Positions 13,801-40,175 of a stretch of 64,000 bases of DNA are shown here, piece after piece; within the stretch, counting starts at the first letter, position 1; each line of letters opens with the position of its first letter. Position numbers and translations under genes: made by a program. The notes under the pieces were generated by a model, which did not search any database, had not been told where the DNA came from, and saw nothing but the letters and a program-made list of their open reading frames with translations. The stretch comes from Lingula anatina (taxonomy: Eukaryota > Animalia > Brachiopoda), in NCBI GenBank assembly GCA_051362555.1, contig CM120640.1, forward strand, positions 53,422,788 through 53,486,787, written 5' to 3'.

Positions 13801-14973
13801 TTATTTGTATCTATTTACCCGAATGCACTCTTTAGTGTAGGCTTTGAATCTAACGTTAATTTTAGTAGAGTAAATAGTCACAATATCACCGCATATTTAT
13901 ATGAAAATATAGAAGTCACCTTTACAATCACCGGACTCAACACGCGTAGCTCCGGACACGCACTGACAGTGCTCCTTGTTAGCGCTTGCCGTAGAAGCTG
14001 TAGAGGAATGTTCCGGGCACTGTGTACACTGCCCAGGCCCTAATGAATCTTTATAGAACCCGATGGCGCAGGCACGGCACGTAGGGACAGGGTGACTCCA
14101 GGTGCCGTCTTCTCCACAGCTTGTGTTGGTTGAGCCAACAAGTTCGTATCCAGGAAAACAGGTGAAGTTTATAGTGCTGGGGTAACTTAATGAGTCGCCA
14201 TCTCTGGAGCCGTGAGCCAGTGGATGGAGAGGCGGACATTTTTTTGCTGTAAGGGAACCATAGATAGAGTAAAGTCCAAAACTTCAACGAAAGTTTCAGT
14301 GTACAAACGTTGTACAGATGTTTATCGGCACAAATCATGTCTTCGTTGGTTTTCTGAAACTGAAGGTGCGAGACATTTCGTATTCTAAAACAAGGAAGGG
14401 GTATTAGAGCATTCATACAGGTTTTCCATTTTTAAACATTAAATCAACTATTGAGGTTATAATATCTCACAGATATGTTAAATCTATAAGTACCAAGAAA
14501 CCCAAGTTATTCACCAAATAAAGCATATAAAAGAGCCTCTGTTATTTGTATATGTTCTGTTTGAAATCAAAGCATGAGCACAACTCTTACGTTCGCAGCG
14601 AGGGGGATGAGCGTTCCATTCTCCTGTTTCTAAACAAAATAGATTGCTTTTTCCATCAAGTCTGTATCCGGCATTACAGCTGAACTGGGCGTTGCCACCA
14701 TACGTTTTGGAGGTGAACATGACATTGCCGTTAGCAGGGACTGGTAGGGTTCGGCAAGAGATGGCTGCAAGTCAAAGACGCAGAATTGATATGTTGGCTG
14801 TACATTATTGAACGTGACACAGAAACAGACGGTTGATGAATGTAGAGAAAAAATTGAACACGAAAAAACTAAAACTGATCTTAAAGATTTATAAATTAAT
14901 ATCAAATGTCATGTTTCCCATTGCTAAATTACCTTTAGTCTTCCTAATAAGAAGAACAATGGAACAAATATTT

Positions 14974-15026
<53 letters not shown>

Positions 15027-18000
15027 GTACAGTGTCATATCCGATATTGTCGTACAGTAACACATACCTTCGCAAGTGGGGGGTTCGGAGTCCCACCCAT
15101 CTTTCTGACAGACAAGGCGGTCGGTTCCGTTGACTTGAAAGCCAGGGTCACACATAAAGCTGACAGCACTGTTATATGTGAAATCCGTCCCCAGTACACT
15201 TCCATGTGCAGGATCCACTGGGGCAGGGCAGGTTATCTCTGTAAAAAGGATAGGCAAAATAACATTGCAATGATAACTAACTGCAATGGCGCTCTCATTG
15301 AATCTATTGATTCTTATTCTTTATATCTTTTTCTTCTTCTGGTATGGTAGGGAGGAGGTCGCTCCTCTTGAATCGAATTATCAAATGCGATAAATAAAAG
15401 CCACACGTACAATTAGGCTTCATTCACATGCAATGTCTATTTTCTAAATTCTATTTTCTATTCGCGACATGTCTTATGATCACGGTCTGTGCCCTGAATA
15501 TCCCGCGGCGTAATTACTGGCAGCGCGAGCCAGTTACTATAAGTTACTATAAGTAACTGGCAGCGCGAGCCAGTTACTATAAGTTACTATAAGTAACTGG
15601 CTCGCGCTGCCAGTAATTACGCGGCGGGATATTCAGGGCACAGACCGTGATCATAAGATAGCGCGAATAGAAAATAGATTTTTAGAAAATAGACATTCCA
15701 TGTGAACGAAGCCTTAGTTTGCATATAATGTTTTAAAATCTTTGGATGCCTTCATTACTGGCGCATTCAAATGCATTCCATATATTTTATCTTGCAGAAT
15801 CTGAATAAGTTGTAGAAACCAATGAGACTAATACTTACGTTCACATGTCGGTGCGGGCGCAGACCATACACCTGTTTCACCGTTCTCTTCACATTTCACA
15901 ACTTCTTCCCCATTCAGACGGTAACCCTCGTGGCATACGAAAATCACCTCGGATTCGGTCACGAAATCACGGGAACTAGTCATGATTCCGTTTGTGGGAT
16001 GCGATAGGTTGGGGCATCGTTTCCCTGCAAAAATTAGTGTTCGATTTAAGGTGGGTGTTCATTATCTTTATCATATTAAACAGAATACACTAAAGTCTGC
16101 ATTGTTGTAGTCCATGTGTACTTTAGAAAAAAGCTCCTTTCAGAGAGAGAGAATCGTTTCCTCATGCCAGTGGTCACTACCGAGTTTTAGATCACCTTCT
16201 TCAATATATATTTATTAAATACAGTAACCCACTTACTTTCACAAGTTGGAATAGGATCACTGAAAATGGCATCCTTGGTACACGTAGCACTGGCGGCACC
16301 CTTTAGAGTATATCTCGGGAAACAAACGAATGAAATGGTGTCGCCATAGAAGAACCTAGTCCCGCCTTTAACGTTGCCATTTTGGACATTTGGAACATTA
16401 CATTCAATACCTAGATAAAACATGGTAATCAGGGTTAAAGTAAGAGTTATATAAAAAGAAGAGATGAAGAGAAACTTAACGGACAAACTTTTATCAAAAA
16501 CATGTATAGGACCTACATGTCACTGTTACCTATCTAAGTTTTGATACAAAGATCACCTTCCAGTGTGAACAGGTTCACATACATGTACCAGTAACTAAAA
16601 AAGGGCAAATAAAAAAAGGAAAAAAAGAATGCGCACTAATCATTCGTTGCAATTTAGAAAAGGGAAGAAAATACAAAAGAGAGTGGGAGACCAATGACAG
16701 ACAGACAGGCAGACAAACTTACGTTCACATATCGGCTCTCCCTCACTCCAGCTCCCTGTATCCAAGCACTGTCTTGTTTTTGGAGAAGAGGTGGTCAATT
16801 GGTAACCCTCATCACAGCTGTATTGCACATCTTTGCGATATGTGAAATCATCTCCCGTAAAGGAACCATGGTTGGGTGAGCTGGGACGACCACAGGAGAT
16901 TGCTGGAAATATGTTTATGTGTGTGGTTTATGTTTAAAAATAGTTCTTAGCTATAAATATTAGATTCATGATAATAATATACACAAAATAATTGTTCCAT
17001 TCACGCGCAGCATATTGCATTAGAATACAACCTATATAAGTACGTTTTTCCCTTTGATTGGCACATACTGTGTGATTATGATGAATATCATTATGGACAG
17101 GTACACATTTTGCCAATTGAGAAACTAACAATAATATGATTATAATTGCATTGTATCGTTATTTTTTTACTGTATTTGATTGGACGTAAACAATAACATG
17201 ACAATAAGGACATAATAAAAGCCTCTGGTTGTACCTTTGCAAGTGGGCATTTGCCCTGCCCAGTTCCCATTATCTTCACACTGTATTGCAGAGTTCCCCA
17301 ACAACTGATGGCCAATGTTGCACGCAAACGTAACCGCGCCCACGCCGTAATCTCTGAACTCGGAACTGGTCTGAAAGCCGTTAGAGGGCGCTTCAAGAAG
17401 TGGACAGAACAGCCCTACAAAATTTTAACAAGTATTATACTTAATGCCATTTGAATGATTTTGGTTGTCAAAACACTAGCTATTCTTTGTTTTTCAAAAT
17501 GATTCATTAATTATTCAAAAACCTCTACACAGGACTGGGAAGATTTTTTTCACCCTTTAACCATGAGATGATTCTGTTACGAAATACATGTATATACACT
17601 ACGTGCAAAATCATTTTCGCCGATTTTAGAGCCGAATTTTTTCTTTTACATGATCTTCAAATGTAGAAATCGCAGAAAAATGCTAGCCATTCCAATAATA
17701 ATTTTTGTACAATACAAAAATCAGTCTAAATCAATTTAAAGGGAAATGTATTCTAAAAAAACGCAATATTAAATGAAATCTTTTAATGGTAGGAGGCAAA
17801 GCTAAAAGAAACGGTTACATACTTCCTGGGTAGGTGTAGAAGTTGCCCTCCTCTTTAACGACGTCAGGACCGTGACAGATGCTCACAGTAGATCCCCGTG
17901 CTACAATTCTTCCGTATATTCCTCCATTTTTGGTCTGACAGACACCGTAGCGGTGAAGAGCGGTCCCTGGTTTCCTTTCTGAGGCGACGTAAAAATAAAA

Positions 18001-19229
18001 CTCCTCCACCCACCTATCCTGCCCGTATTCTGGACATGATTTTGCCGTCAGAATCCACGTGCGTGCGCCTTGGAAGTAGTCGTGGCCTCGACACACATTG
18101 ATACGCTTCTCAAACCCTCCCACTTTTTTTAGCTCTGTACCTTCTAAATAGGAGTCTGAAGGGTATGGCTGCCTGTAGGCTTTGAAGAAAGAGGTGCCGC
18201 CTTCCTGGACGTTGTCCTTTCTCACTTGGGACCATGTCCCCGGCCGCACCTGCCTGCCTTGGGTGTATTTTATTATGTGTCGGCCGTCATGGACAGCTCG
18301 TGTTCCTATGAAAACGACTGTTTTATCGGGTTCTGAAAATAAAGGGTTGAAACTGCGACATGCCATGTCTGAATTGTTTCTGTGACGTCAAATAAGACAA
18401 ATCATAATAATGATTTTATCATACTTTTATTTGAAAAATTGCAACCACAAGATTGAATTTGTAAATAAATTACTTTATTCATAAGTTACGTAGCAGTTAA
18501 ATTGACTTATTTAGCTCCGAAAACAGCGTGATTAGTTATGAATGACTGTACTTCATTCAAATTGAAGTTGCACATAAATTCTACAATAGAATAATACTTT
18601 CTAATCTGTGTATTAAAATATGTAAGAATATCAAAAAAATATTTTTATACCTTACCTTCAGGTTTAGTCAATTTAAAATCCGCGAACGCCTATAAATTCA
18701 AAACGAGAGAAAATTGAAACCACAGCTTTTTGAATAACCAAACAAATATAAGTTGATTTATGATATTTATACTTCATAAATCTTTTAAAGTTTAAACAAA
18801 GAGACACTTATGTACAAAAAAAAAAGAAAATCTAGTCTAATCTAGTCTTGTCTTAAGGCAATAGATTTGACGACATTTATAACCTAAAACATATGAAGAT
18901 ACTGTTCTTTTGCTCCTTCAGTGATGAAATAGAAATCTAACGATTTCATATCAAAAACGCTAATGACTGTCAGATTATAAGGAACAAATAACAATGATCT
19001 TCTTTGTTCGTTTGTTTTATATTCACATAAAACTTATAAAAGCAAAAAATGGTACATTCCACGCCTTTATCCGGATAACACGTTCAACTTGTACTATAAA
19101 CATTTACGGAAAACATCTATATTTAATCCAAATTATCAAAAAAAAAAAAATAAATAAATCAAGGTCGGTATGAATACTCACGTGCTGAGTTAAACCAGCC
19201 AAAAGTAGCAAGATGGACAACTTATTCAT
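10899..19229 (-). CDS. Paralogue 2: signal peptide, unrecognised ~170-aa head domain, CCP7-GCC-CCP-GCC-cbEGF-atypical CCP-SEA-like-GCC
   Basis: Exons 19182-19229 ([16 protein letters not shown]), 18656-18689 ([11 protein letters not shown]), 17823-18332 (head), CCPs 17235-17414, 16723-16902, 16237-16410, 15839-16024, 15068-15238, 14591-14764, fused CCP+GCC 13920-14246, CCP 13507-13677, GCC 13074-13223, cbEGF 12657-12782, atypical CCP 12327-12548, SEA-like 11467-11943, GCC 10899-11095 ending at TAG. Splice phases are consistent. Confidence 0.88.
15416..15713. mobile_element. PIF/Harbinger (Tourist-like) palindromic MITE, copy 1
   Basis: Near-perfect fold-back GGCTTCATTCACATG...CATGTGAACGAAGCC with a TTA target duplication. 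It has an extra internal ~41-bp duplication compared with the copy at 49201. Confidence 0.88.
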
Positions 19230-19294
19230 TTTCAAAATGAAACCAATGCTAGAAAATTAATATCAGGTGTAATATAGAAATATTACAGACGTAG

Positions 19295-19537
<243 letters not shown>

Positions 19538-20577
19538 ATATTACAAAACATACTTCATCTACTTCACGTATATTACAATTAATTCTTTTACTACCTCATC
19601 CAAATTGAAGTTGAATGTAATTTTTTAACAAAATAATTATTTCTAATCTATTAATTAAAACATATACAGTGTATTAAAATAAACCTTATTACTTACCTCC
19701 AGGTTTTGTCTATTAAAATTTCGCCAACGCTTATAGATTAGCTGCACAGAGTAAAACTTAACAGTCGGCTCCTCAAAAATTTTGAAAAACAAAATCCAGG
19801 GAGCATTCACTTCATCTGTTTATCTGTTACTTACCAGTCGCTCAAACTGTGCTTTGAACACGCAATTAATCTGCTGACATGCGCGTCCTGTTTTCCGAGA
19901 ACGTCTGGTTTGTGGCCCGTGTTCGGGTTTAGAGGAAGTGAAATATCTAAAGCTGTTGCACGACGAGATTATTTGGGTTAATTGCTACGTCGCTTTACTC
20001 ATAAGCAAGTTTAAACCCAATCTCAATACAGTAGATATGTTAAAAAATGATGTAGTTTTTATTACACGGACGCCAAGTTATAGTCGGGTTTAATGTTGTT
20101 AGTTGGGTATAGAGCCTGCAAATGGAGCTGTGAGCATTATAGTGCTGAATAAAGTATAAAATATATTAATTCACAATTTTAAAGCATCATTCTTAGAACC
20201 TATACAACATATGGATATACACTTTATATGCACTTATATATGTTTTGATTAGATAAAGATACATTGCCATGTACCACTGGTAAGACTTTTTAGCCAGTAC
20301 AAATATATTTACGAAACTGTTTTTTTTAAACTATACTGTCACGATTCAAACAAAATAAAATAGCTGTCTATCTGAAGTACGACATTTTGCCAATAGAGTG
20401 CGATAGTGTTCCTCACGGAACTGCTGTTGTTTAATTTAAAAAACCACATGTGGTGATCTGAACCGTTATCTGTAACATAAGTCAGTTAAATTTAGCCATA
20501 AATTGGATTTTCGTTTCCTGTTTAATGTTTCAAACCATGATTCAAACAAAGTTCCGGGACGACAAGAAAAACAAGAT

Positions 20578-20618
<41 letters not shown>
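20578..20618. repeat. Poly-G tract (~40 nt)
   Basis: Directly visible between the divergent paralogues 2 and 3. Confidence 0.9.
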
Positions 20619-20620
<2 letters not shown>

Positions 20621-21895
20621 GAAAAAATCTAACCTCTTTCTATACTGTCATTGTACATGTATCCCCGTACTGACGGGAGGAATATAGGCACGACTAAAAA
20701 TTTTTCGGTTGGGTGTGCTTTGTTATCTCTCAGACGCAGTGCTACATGTAGTTGTTGTTGAATATCAAACTTCAGATTTTAATCGGGGCGCATTTAAAAT
20801 CAACATTCACAAAATAACAAATTTGAATTTAAAACACTTGCCAACAGTTTGCGAACAAATGCCCTCTTACTGTAGGCGAGTATGATATTATAAAACTTGG
20901 GGCAACTCGCGGTGAGTCAAGTGAAGTACTGACAATACTGTAACAACTCCCACATGGGTAACTTGCCTCTCTAAATACAGAAACTTAATGTCATCCACAT
21001 GCATGCATGCACGGGCGAAAACGGACTTCACCACGAGTATTAAATGAGGGTTAAAGGCGGGAAAAGGGGGGGGGAGCTAACGAACTGAAGAACCGATGGA
21101 AGTACAAACGGAAATAACATGGGAAAAAAGGCAAAAGATATAATGAGCCAATTTGTTAGGTCCGGGATCTTGATTATCAGGATTATCTCGAAATTTCCTT
21201 GCCCAATCAAGCCCTGATAAGTATTACTTAGTGAAACAGGATTCAGACGAATCCTTATATCCTGTTTGCTATATTAGTAATCGCCCCACAAAGGATGTGT
21301 TGCAACCTTTTAATGCCATTAATTTAACACTCCAAAGTAACGTAGCGTTTTAAAGAAATGCAGACACTAAAAGATTCGCTGCCAGGGTGCTGAGGTGTCA
21401 AGAATCAAGTTAAGTTCTGCGAAACAGTAAGTGTAAACAGTACAAAGAAACGTGCCTGGCATGAAAAAATACCATATGATCAGTTTCTAAAGAAACGTGT
21501 CTATTAAGTTACAATGTAGTTTTTTATTAAGCTTTGATATCATCAGCTGTGTTTCCTCTAATTTTAGTCACTTTAGTTCTGTGTTAAGTTTATTTCCTTT
21601 TTTCTGAATATAGATGATATCTGTAATTAACCATGTAATATCCTACATTAAGCTTGGCGAAAATACAGTTTTAAAGAGTAGAGCAGTTTATGATTGGTCT
21701 TTTAAAGCCTTACGCTTCTCATCCACACGCACACTTACATGTATATCTCAATATACAGTCAGTCCAAGTACATAAGGCTGTTACACTATACTGCATTACA
21801 TGTGCGTACGTATAGTGACAGTGTATTCTGTTTTATGTCTGCTTATCGTCTGCTGTACTATTACTTTTACCACATAATCTGCTATATGTTTTTTG

Positions 21896-21927
<32 letters not shown>

Positions 21928-22658
21928 CACAATGTACTTGAATGTAGCCTCATGATTGTGCGAAAAATCACTAATAATAATCACAATAATAATAACAAAA
22001 ATATTAATAATGATATTGATTATAATAATAGATGAACTTATGAAATACAACTGTAGATAAAAAATGAAAGAAATGAAACTTTAGAAAGAAAAGTAAAAGT
22101 AAAAATAAGATGGTTCGAAGTACAAACAAAGATATCCACCAAGATATGTACTGAGATTCTGCTCAGGGCAGGCAGCAACATTTCCAAGAAATCTAAAATA
22201 TGAATGTTTCTACTTGGTAGTAATTAAACAGTGTTGACACATTACTGATATCAGTTCATCTGGGGGGCAAGGGGTGTTCTGGGCAAGTGTGCCACAGCAG
22301 AAACCCGCGGATTTCAATTTTTTAAATAGCAGTCAAATCCTGTCACGTAATCCCTGCATTTCTTAAAACGTGGGTGATATTACTGCTCATTTCCACTAAT
22401 GCCAGTCTGTAGGATATCACTCTTTTCAGATTATTCAGCAAAACAACTTAACATTTCATTTACTATTTATACCGCAACTTAAGATACCAGAATTGTTTTG
22501 TGTTCAGGTGAAGAAATGCTTTATCTGATGACGCGTTTGAGGTCCGCTCAAGTACATACAGTCATGTATTATATAGTACGAAGAAAATGGTATAATTCAA
22601 GTACATTTTATATCTGAAATTACTGCCGTTTTTCTATTACAGTAAATCACGAGGTCAG

Positions 22659-34929
<12,271 letters not shown>

Positions 34930-35771
34930 ATGGTGCTATATTTCTTGTTTGAAGGCTAAACTCTATGTTGGGAACAAACGACTTGAATTCTTAATAACTA
35001 TCAGCTGTCAGCAGTAAAGAGCTAAAACAAATGCTTAGTACTTCATATTTACTGTATAGCTATATCTTGCATAAATTTATAGCTCATGTATAAAAATCAA
35101 AGGCGTAAAATGAATACACAAGTTTGTAGTCAATATGTGATCATGTATTTCCATACTTCTAAAGAAATGTCATTAAAAGTGATATTATTATCGGCCAACC
35201 GGATGGGTACATAAACTAAGACAAGAAACAAGAAATTCTTGCAGCCATATTTTACTTAACGAGAATCCTGAAGAGCATAATGCCGGTTGCTTATGTTTCC
35301 TTGCTTTCATAAGCAAACTCGAAAGAAATGCTTCGCCTCTGCAAGTACCAAGCTACCCATTATGGCTAGCAAACATCGGGGCTGACTGAACAGAACCCAC
35401 AAAAGTTGGCAAAAGCAAAATAAAATAGTATCTTTATTTGCTACATAAAATGTTGTTAAGGATCATCTATTAGTAATAAACTTAAATCTACGAAAAAGTA
35501 AAGTTAAGTTAACAGTTTAAGGTACGCAGCAAGAACAGGCACCATAAATTGTAACTCATTAACCTCTAGAAATGGATTAGCACCTATTATTCACAAACCC
35601 AAAAGGCTCAATCAGTTAAACTAATCAACTGTGTTCAAGAACCTAGTTAATGTCATCGTTGTCCAAGCTCTTCGAATGATCCCACCATCAAAATATGCAG
35701 AAAGTGTTAAACAGTCGACACTGTTTTCTATGTTGATCATCTGGTTGCTTTCACATCCTCAATTATAACTA

Positions 35772-38700
35772 TTAGGGTCTGTGCACTGTAAGAAAAATAA
35801 ACTATTTAATAGTTTGTTCTGCTCTTATCGCAAACACTGTGATAAACTGGTGTAGGAGCATTCTTTGGCCTCAACGACAGAAACAGTGCACGTACACTGC
35901 GCCTGTGTCATGCGTCCAGGTGTGTGCATGCGTGTTGGGACGTGTAAATAAGGTCGCAAAAACATCTCAAACCCTAGTCTTAGCATGGATATTATAGCCT
36001 CTTAGAATGTGAGTTAATGTAAGAACTTACCGCACATTCCCTGTGACAACGTCATACCATCCCCACATTTGATTGCTGGTTGTTTGGTAACCGCCACACC
36101 GCCTGCTGGGACCATCTGTAAACCATCGATAAATAAAGCCATAATTGGCCCCTGCGAACCCATGGTCCGAAACGAAGTTTCGGAAGATGACTCCTTGGTC
36201 GAACCCACGTTGAAAAGAGTCTCAAGTTGCGATCTTGTCTGTTGTAACACGACAACTCCTTGGTGTTCTACTTCTTGAAGACAAATGGCATTGCAGTTTT
36301 CGGAGTCTGCAGCCTGACCCTTGTTAGTGCATATGGCGTCACAGTTCACGGAGCGCTTTGGTACCTTATCTTTTTCGAGTGTGATTTTGAAAGTCAGTTT
36401 AGCGGGGTTGGTATCTCTTTTTCGCCTCGAAGAAGAATCGCAAGAGATTTTCACGTCAGTTATATTGCAAACGCTCTGCCCATTTAATGAGCATATGCCC
36501 TTAGACTGCAGCAGCTGAATCATTTGGTTTTTTGCTTGGGCTTTTTGACTGTCGGTAAGTCCACTGCATGAACTAACAAAATAAGCTACTTCTGCTTCGA
36601 TTTCAACTCCGGGAAAAAATTGTTCTGAAGAAAATAAGAAAAATAGAGATAAACCGACCACAATGAAACTGTTCTGGAATCAATACAAAACATCTTTTAA
36701 CATACATGAATTGGAAGGTAATGTAATGGAAATCATATTACAGTGAACTTTTCACTACATATGTACAATCAGTATTTAGGGAACTTTGGGACGCCTGCCC
36801 AAAAGACAGACCGAAAGGACGAACGCCACTGAAACTTCAAACGCCAACCAAGTGAAAAAAAATCTTTCAAATTTGAGAATAAACAGAAAGTACTTGCAGA
36901 ACTTTGTGAACTCACATTTGTGATAATAAAGTTGATGGTGGATTTTAAAACACAAAAGACTCACCAACACAGGGGGGAATTTCTTCCTCGTTTGCTTCGT
37001 GACTCCATAACCAGTTAGTTGAAGATCCGCATTCCTCAAAGGCATTGGTTCTGTCTATGTGCTCAAATCCTGGGTTACATTTAACTTCACATCGTTTGGT
37101 ATTTGTCACTCTGTCATGGTGACATACCAGACCGCCATTTGCTGGAGGGGTGAGCTCTGAGCACTCTTTGGCAACTTTGGAAATTAAAACAAAACATTCC
37201 TAAATATGATAGTGGTAGGCCTACATGTAGGCCCTATTAGTGGGTTTACCAAGCTTATTATAGAGAATATTCATGTACTTGTGTACATACATGTATAGTA
37301 TATGCACTATTTTTTATTTAATGACAATCACATAGACAGTTACGTCTTTCACTTTTTCCCCAAAATTATACACCCTACCTGTACAAGACGAAGGACGAGT
37401 TCCATTGATTTCATATCCAGGTAATGTGCATGCGCATTTGAAACTTCCGGGCTTATTTTCACACGTTTGCTCGCAACCACCATTATCCTGTCCACATTCA
37501 TCGATGTCTGCAAAAAAAGATTCATTGAATCAGTGTAACCGAATTCAAATTCTGATCAGTTTCCATTTCTCAGCATCATGAGCTCTTTTGAATATAATGA
37601 ACTCTTTTGTTAATTTCGCATTTTTACACCTTGTGAAGAAAGAATTGGAGCCAACTAGAGGAGAGAGCCCAAGACAAGGGTGGCTGGGGTATCTTGTGGG
37701 TGGCTTTCCTCCAAGAGTAACAGAAATAATCAGTTTGTTGGGTCTACTACATGTACCTTGACATGGTCCGCCGGCAGGCCCACTGTATCCAGAGTTACAT
37801 ACACAGTTTTGAAGCTCACTCGCTATACTGGTGGTATGTGAAAAGGGCGGGCAGCCATCACAGGCGGTATCACTGGACTTGAAAGTGTTGATTGGACATG
37901 CTAAAAAACAAATAATTGGGTTGAAACACTGAGACGTACTGTATGACCAGCTGGTAGGGAAAATAAAAAGCATTCAGTATGTTTTCTGTTTGTTTCTGTT
38001 ATAAAAGTTGGAAATTAAAAACATGCTGTTTTAAAGTGCTTGTGGCCATTTTAACAGCTAATCAACACAATAATTGTCCATATCACCAGAACATGTCGGT
38101 TGTATTCCGGTCCATCTTCCATCCTGTCTGCAGACTCTCTTGGCATCCCCTTGGGTTCTAATGAATCCATCTCTACAGGCGAACTCACACACGTCACTGA
38201 CGGTTGTTTGACATTGAGAGATTGTGCCATGCTCAGGCGCCGACAAACTGGAACACTTCACCTCTGAAAGAAATTATAAAAATGAAAATACTGTAGAATA
38301 TGCAATACTGAATGATGAAGATTTTAATTACATACCAACGTTTATTATGACACAAACGTGCATAGGATTTTCCTTTACTTGCCAAGGAAGTCGAAAACCA
38401 ATTCTTAAAGTTCTTCTGATTGTTAACCATGACGAGGTCATAAGGCAAAAGTTATAAACCAGAAATAGAAATCTAATCGGTCTTTCCATAGCTGACGGCC
38501 CTACCTCCACATGGTCCTCCCGGTGGTCCTTGAAATCCAGTGTCACAGAGACACTGCTTTATGGTAGTAGAGCCTTTTAACAAAGTGTGAGAGTTGGACG
38601 GGCATTTCAAACACACGGGTCTTGCATTGACGCCATCTTTGAAATAACCAATTTGACACGCTGAAATGAAAATATGTACGATATTCTGGAAATGGAAATC

Positions 38701-40136
38701 ACATAGATAACTAAATTAAAGATAGATCAGCTTTTACGGAAATGTGTTATTCCATTTTAATGAAATACAGCCAGTGCATATTCCTCCATCGCTTAAGAGT
38801 GCAAGCAAAAGGTTTAAGAAAAAAATTCAACTTACATATAGAGGTAAGCAAAAAAATAAAAATAAATAAATAAATAAATAATTACCCACGTACGACCTGC
38901 ATACAAAATAACAAGTTACTTGTTATATGTAGGTATATTAAGCTCGTTTACCATTACATACAGGCACCGGAGATGACCAGCTACCGCCACTGGTGCAGTT
39001 TATCCTTTCAGCTCCGTTCAGAACATACCCTGGCTGACATGTAAACGTAACCTGGCCCATGAACGTGTATGTGCTCCCTTGCTTTCCGCCATGTACAGGA
39101 GTGCCGGGATCACCGCAACTTATGGCTACAATCAATAAATAGGTTTGCAAGAAATATTCAACTACTAGGGGTAATCTTGTGATGCCGATGATTTCTAAAA
39201 TCCCCAAAATCCCCTCCCCAAAATTGAAAGTTGCTCCGTGCATTTGCACTCAGTTTAACACATAAAAAGTATTGGCATTACACGAATGGTTTATGTAAAC
39301 AGTTTTGAATCACCGTCTGTATCTTACGACTGCATAACCAGTGTGAAATAAATGGGAGATGCAATATAAATTTAAGTTTTCGGTTCAGCTTTAACGATCA
39401 ATTACAGGCTACACCTAATGTAAATCTACATTTCCCCTCATCTTTATCTGCATCATATTACGGTGACAATTAAATATATAATAACAAGTGAAAATCCAAC
39501 ATTTTTGGATTCAACAAGAGTAAATGCTTAGCACTACTAACGTTGGCACAAAGGCTGTCGACCACTCCATGTTCCTCTTAGGCCGAAGCCACCACAGGTC
39601 CGTGAGGACTCTCCACGTAACTGGTGGCCAATACTGCATGAATAGGAAGCGACCTGGCCGTGCTCGTACCCTTCCACAGTGACCACACCATTCGGGGGAT
39701 TGCTCACAGGGTCGCATATTGTTTCTGTGAAAAAGAAAAAAGTGTCTGTCTACTTTAAACTGAAAAGTAGACCTGACAAAGTCTGGGATAACCATCAAAT
39801 TAAAAGACTTTCACTTCTGTAATTATTTTCCCAACTTAATGTTTAACCTTTTGTATGAACCGTTTTCTCTTTTTCGTCAAATATAGGAAATATGAGAACA
39901 TCATATTTGTAACCAATTTAACTAAAAGGATTTTCAGACGTTACTTACTTTTACACAGAGGTCGAACGCCATCCCATCGTCCCGAGGCGAGGCAATTCCT
40001 AACTGTTGATCCTTCTAAATAATAGCCAGTGGTACACCCAAAATAAGCCATGGACTTGTATGTAACCCCATTGGTCATCATCCGTCCACCATCTGGAGCT
40101 TTAAGCCGTGGACACGTCACAACTAGATGAAAAATA

Positions 40137-40175
<39 letters not shown>

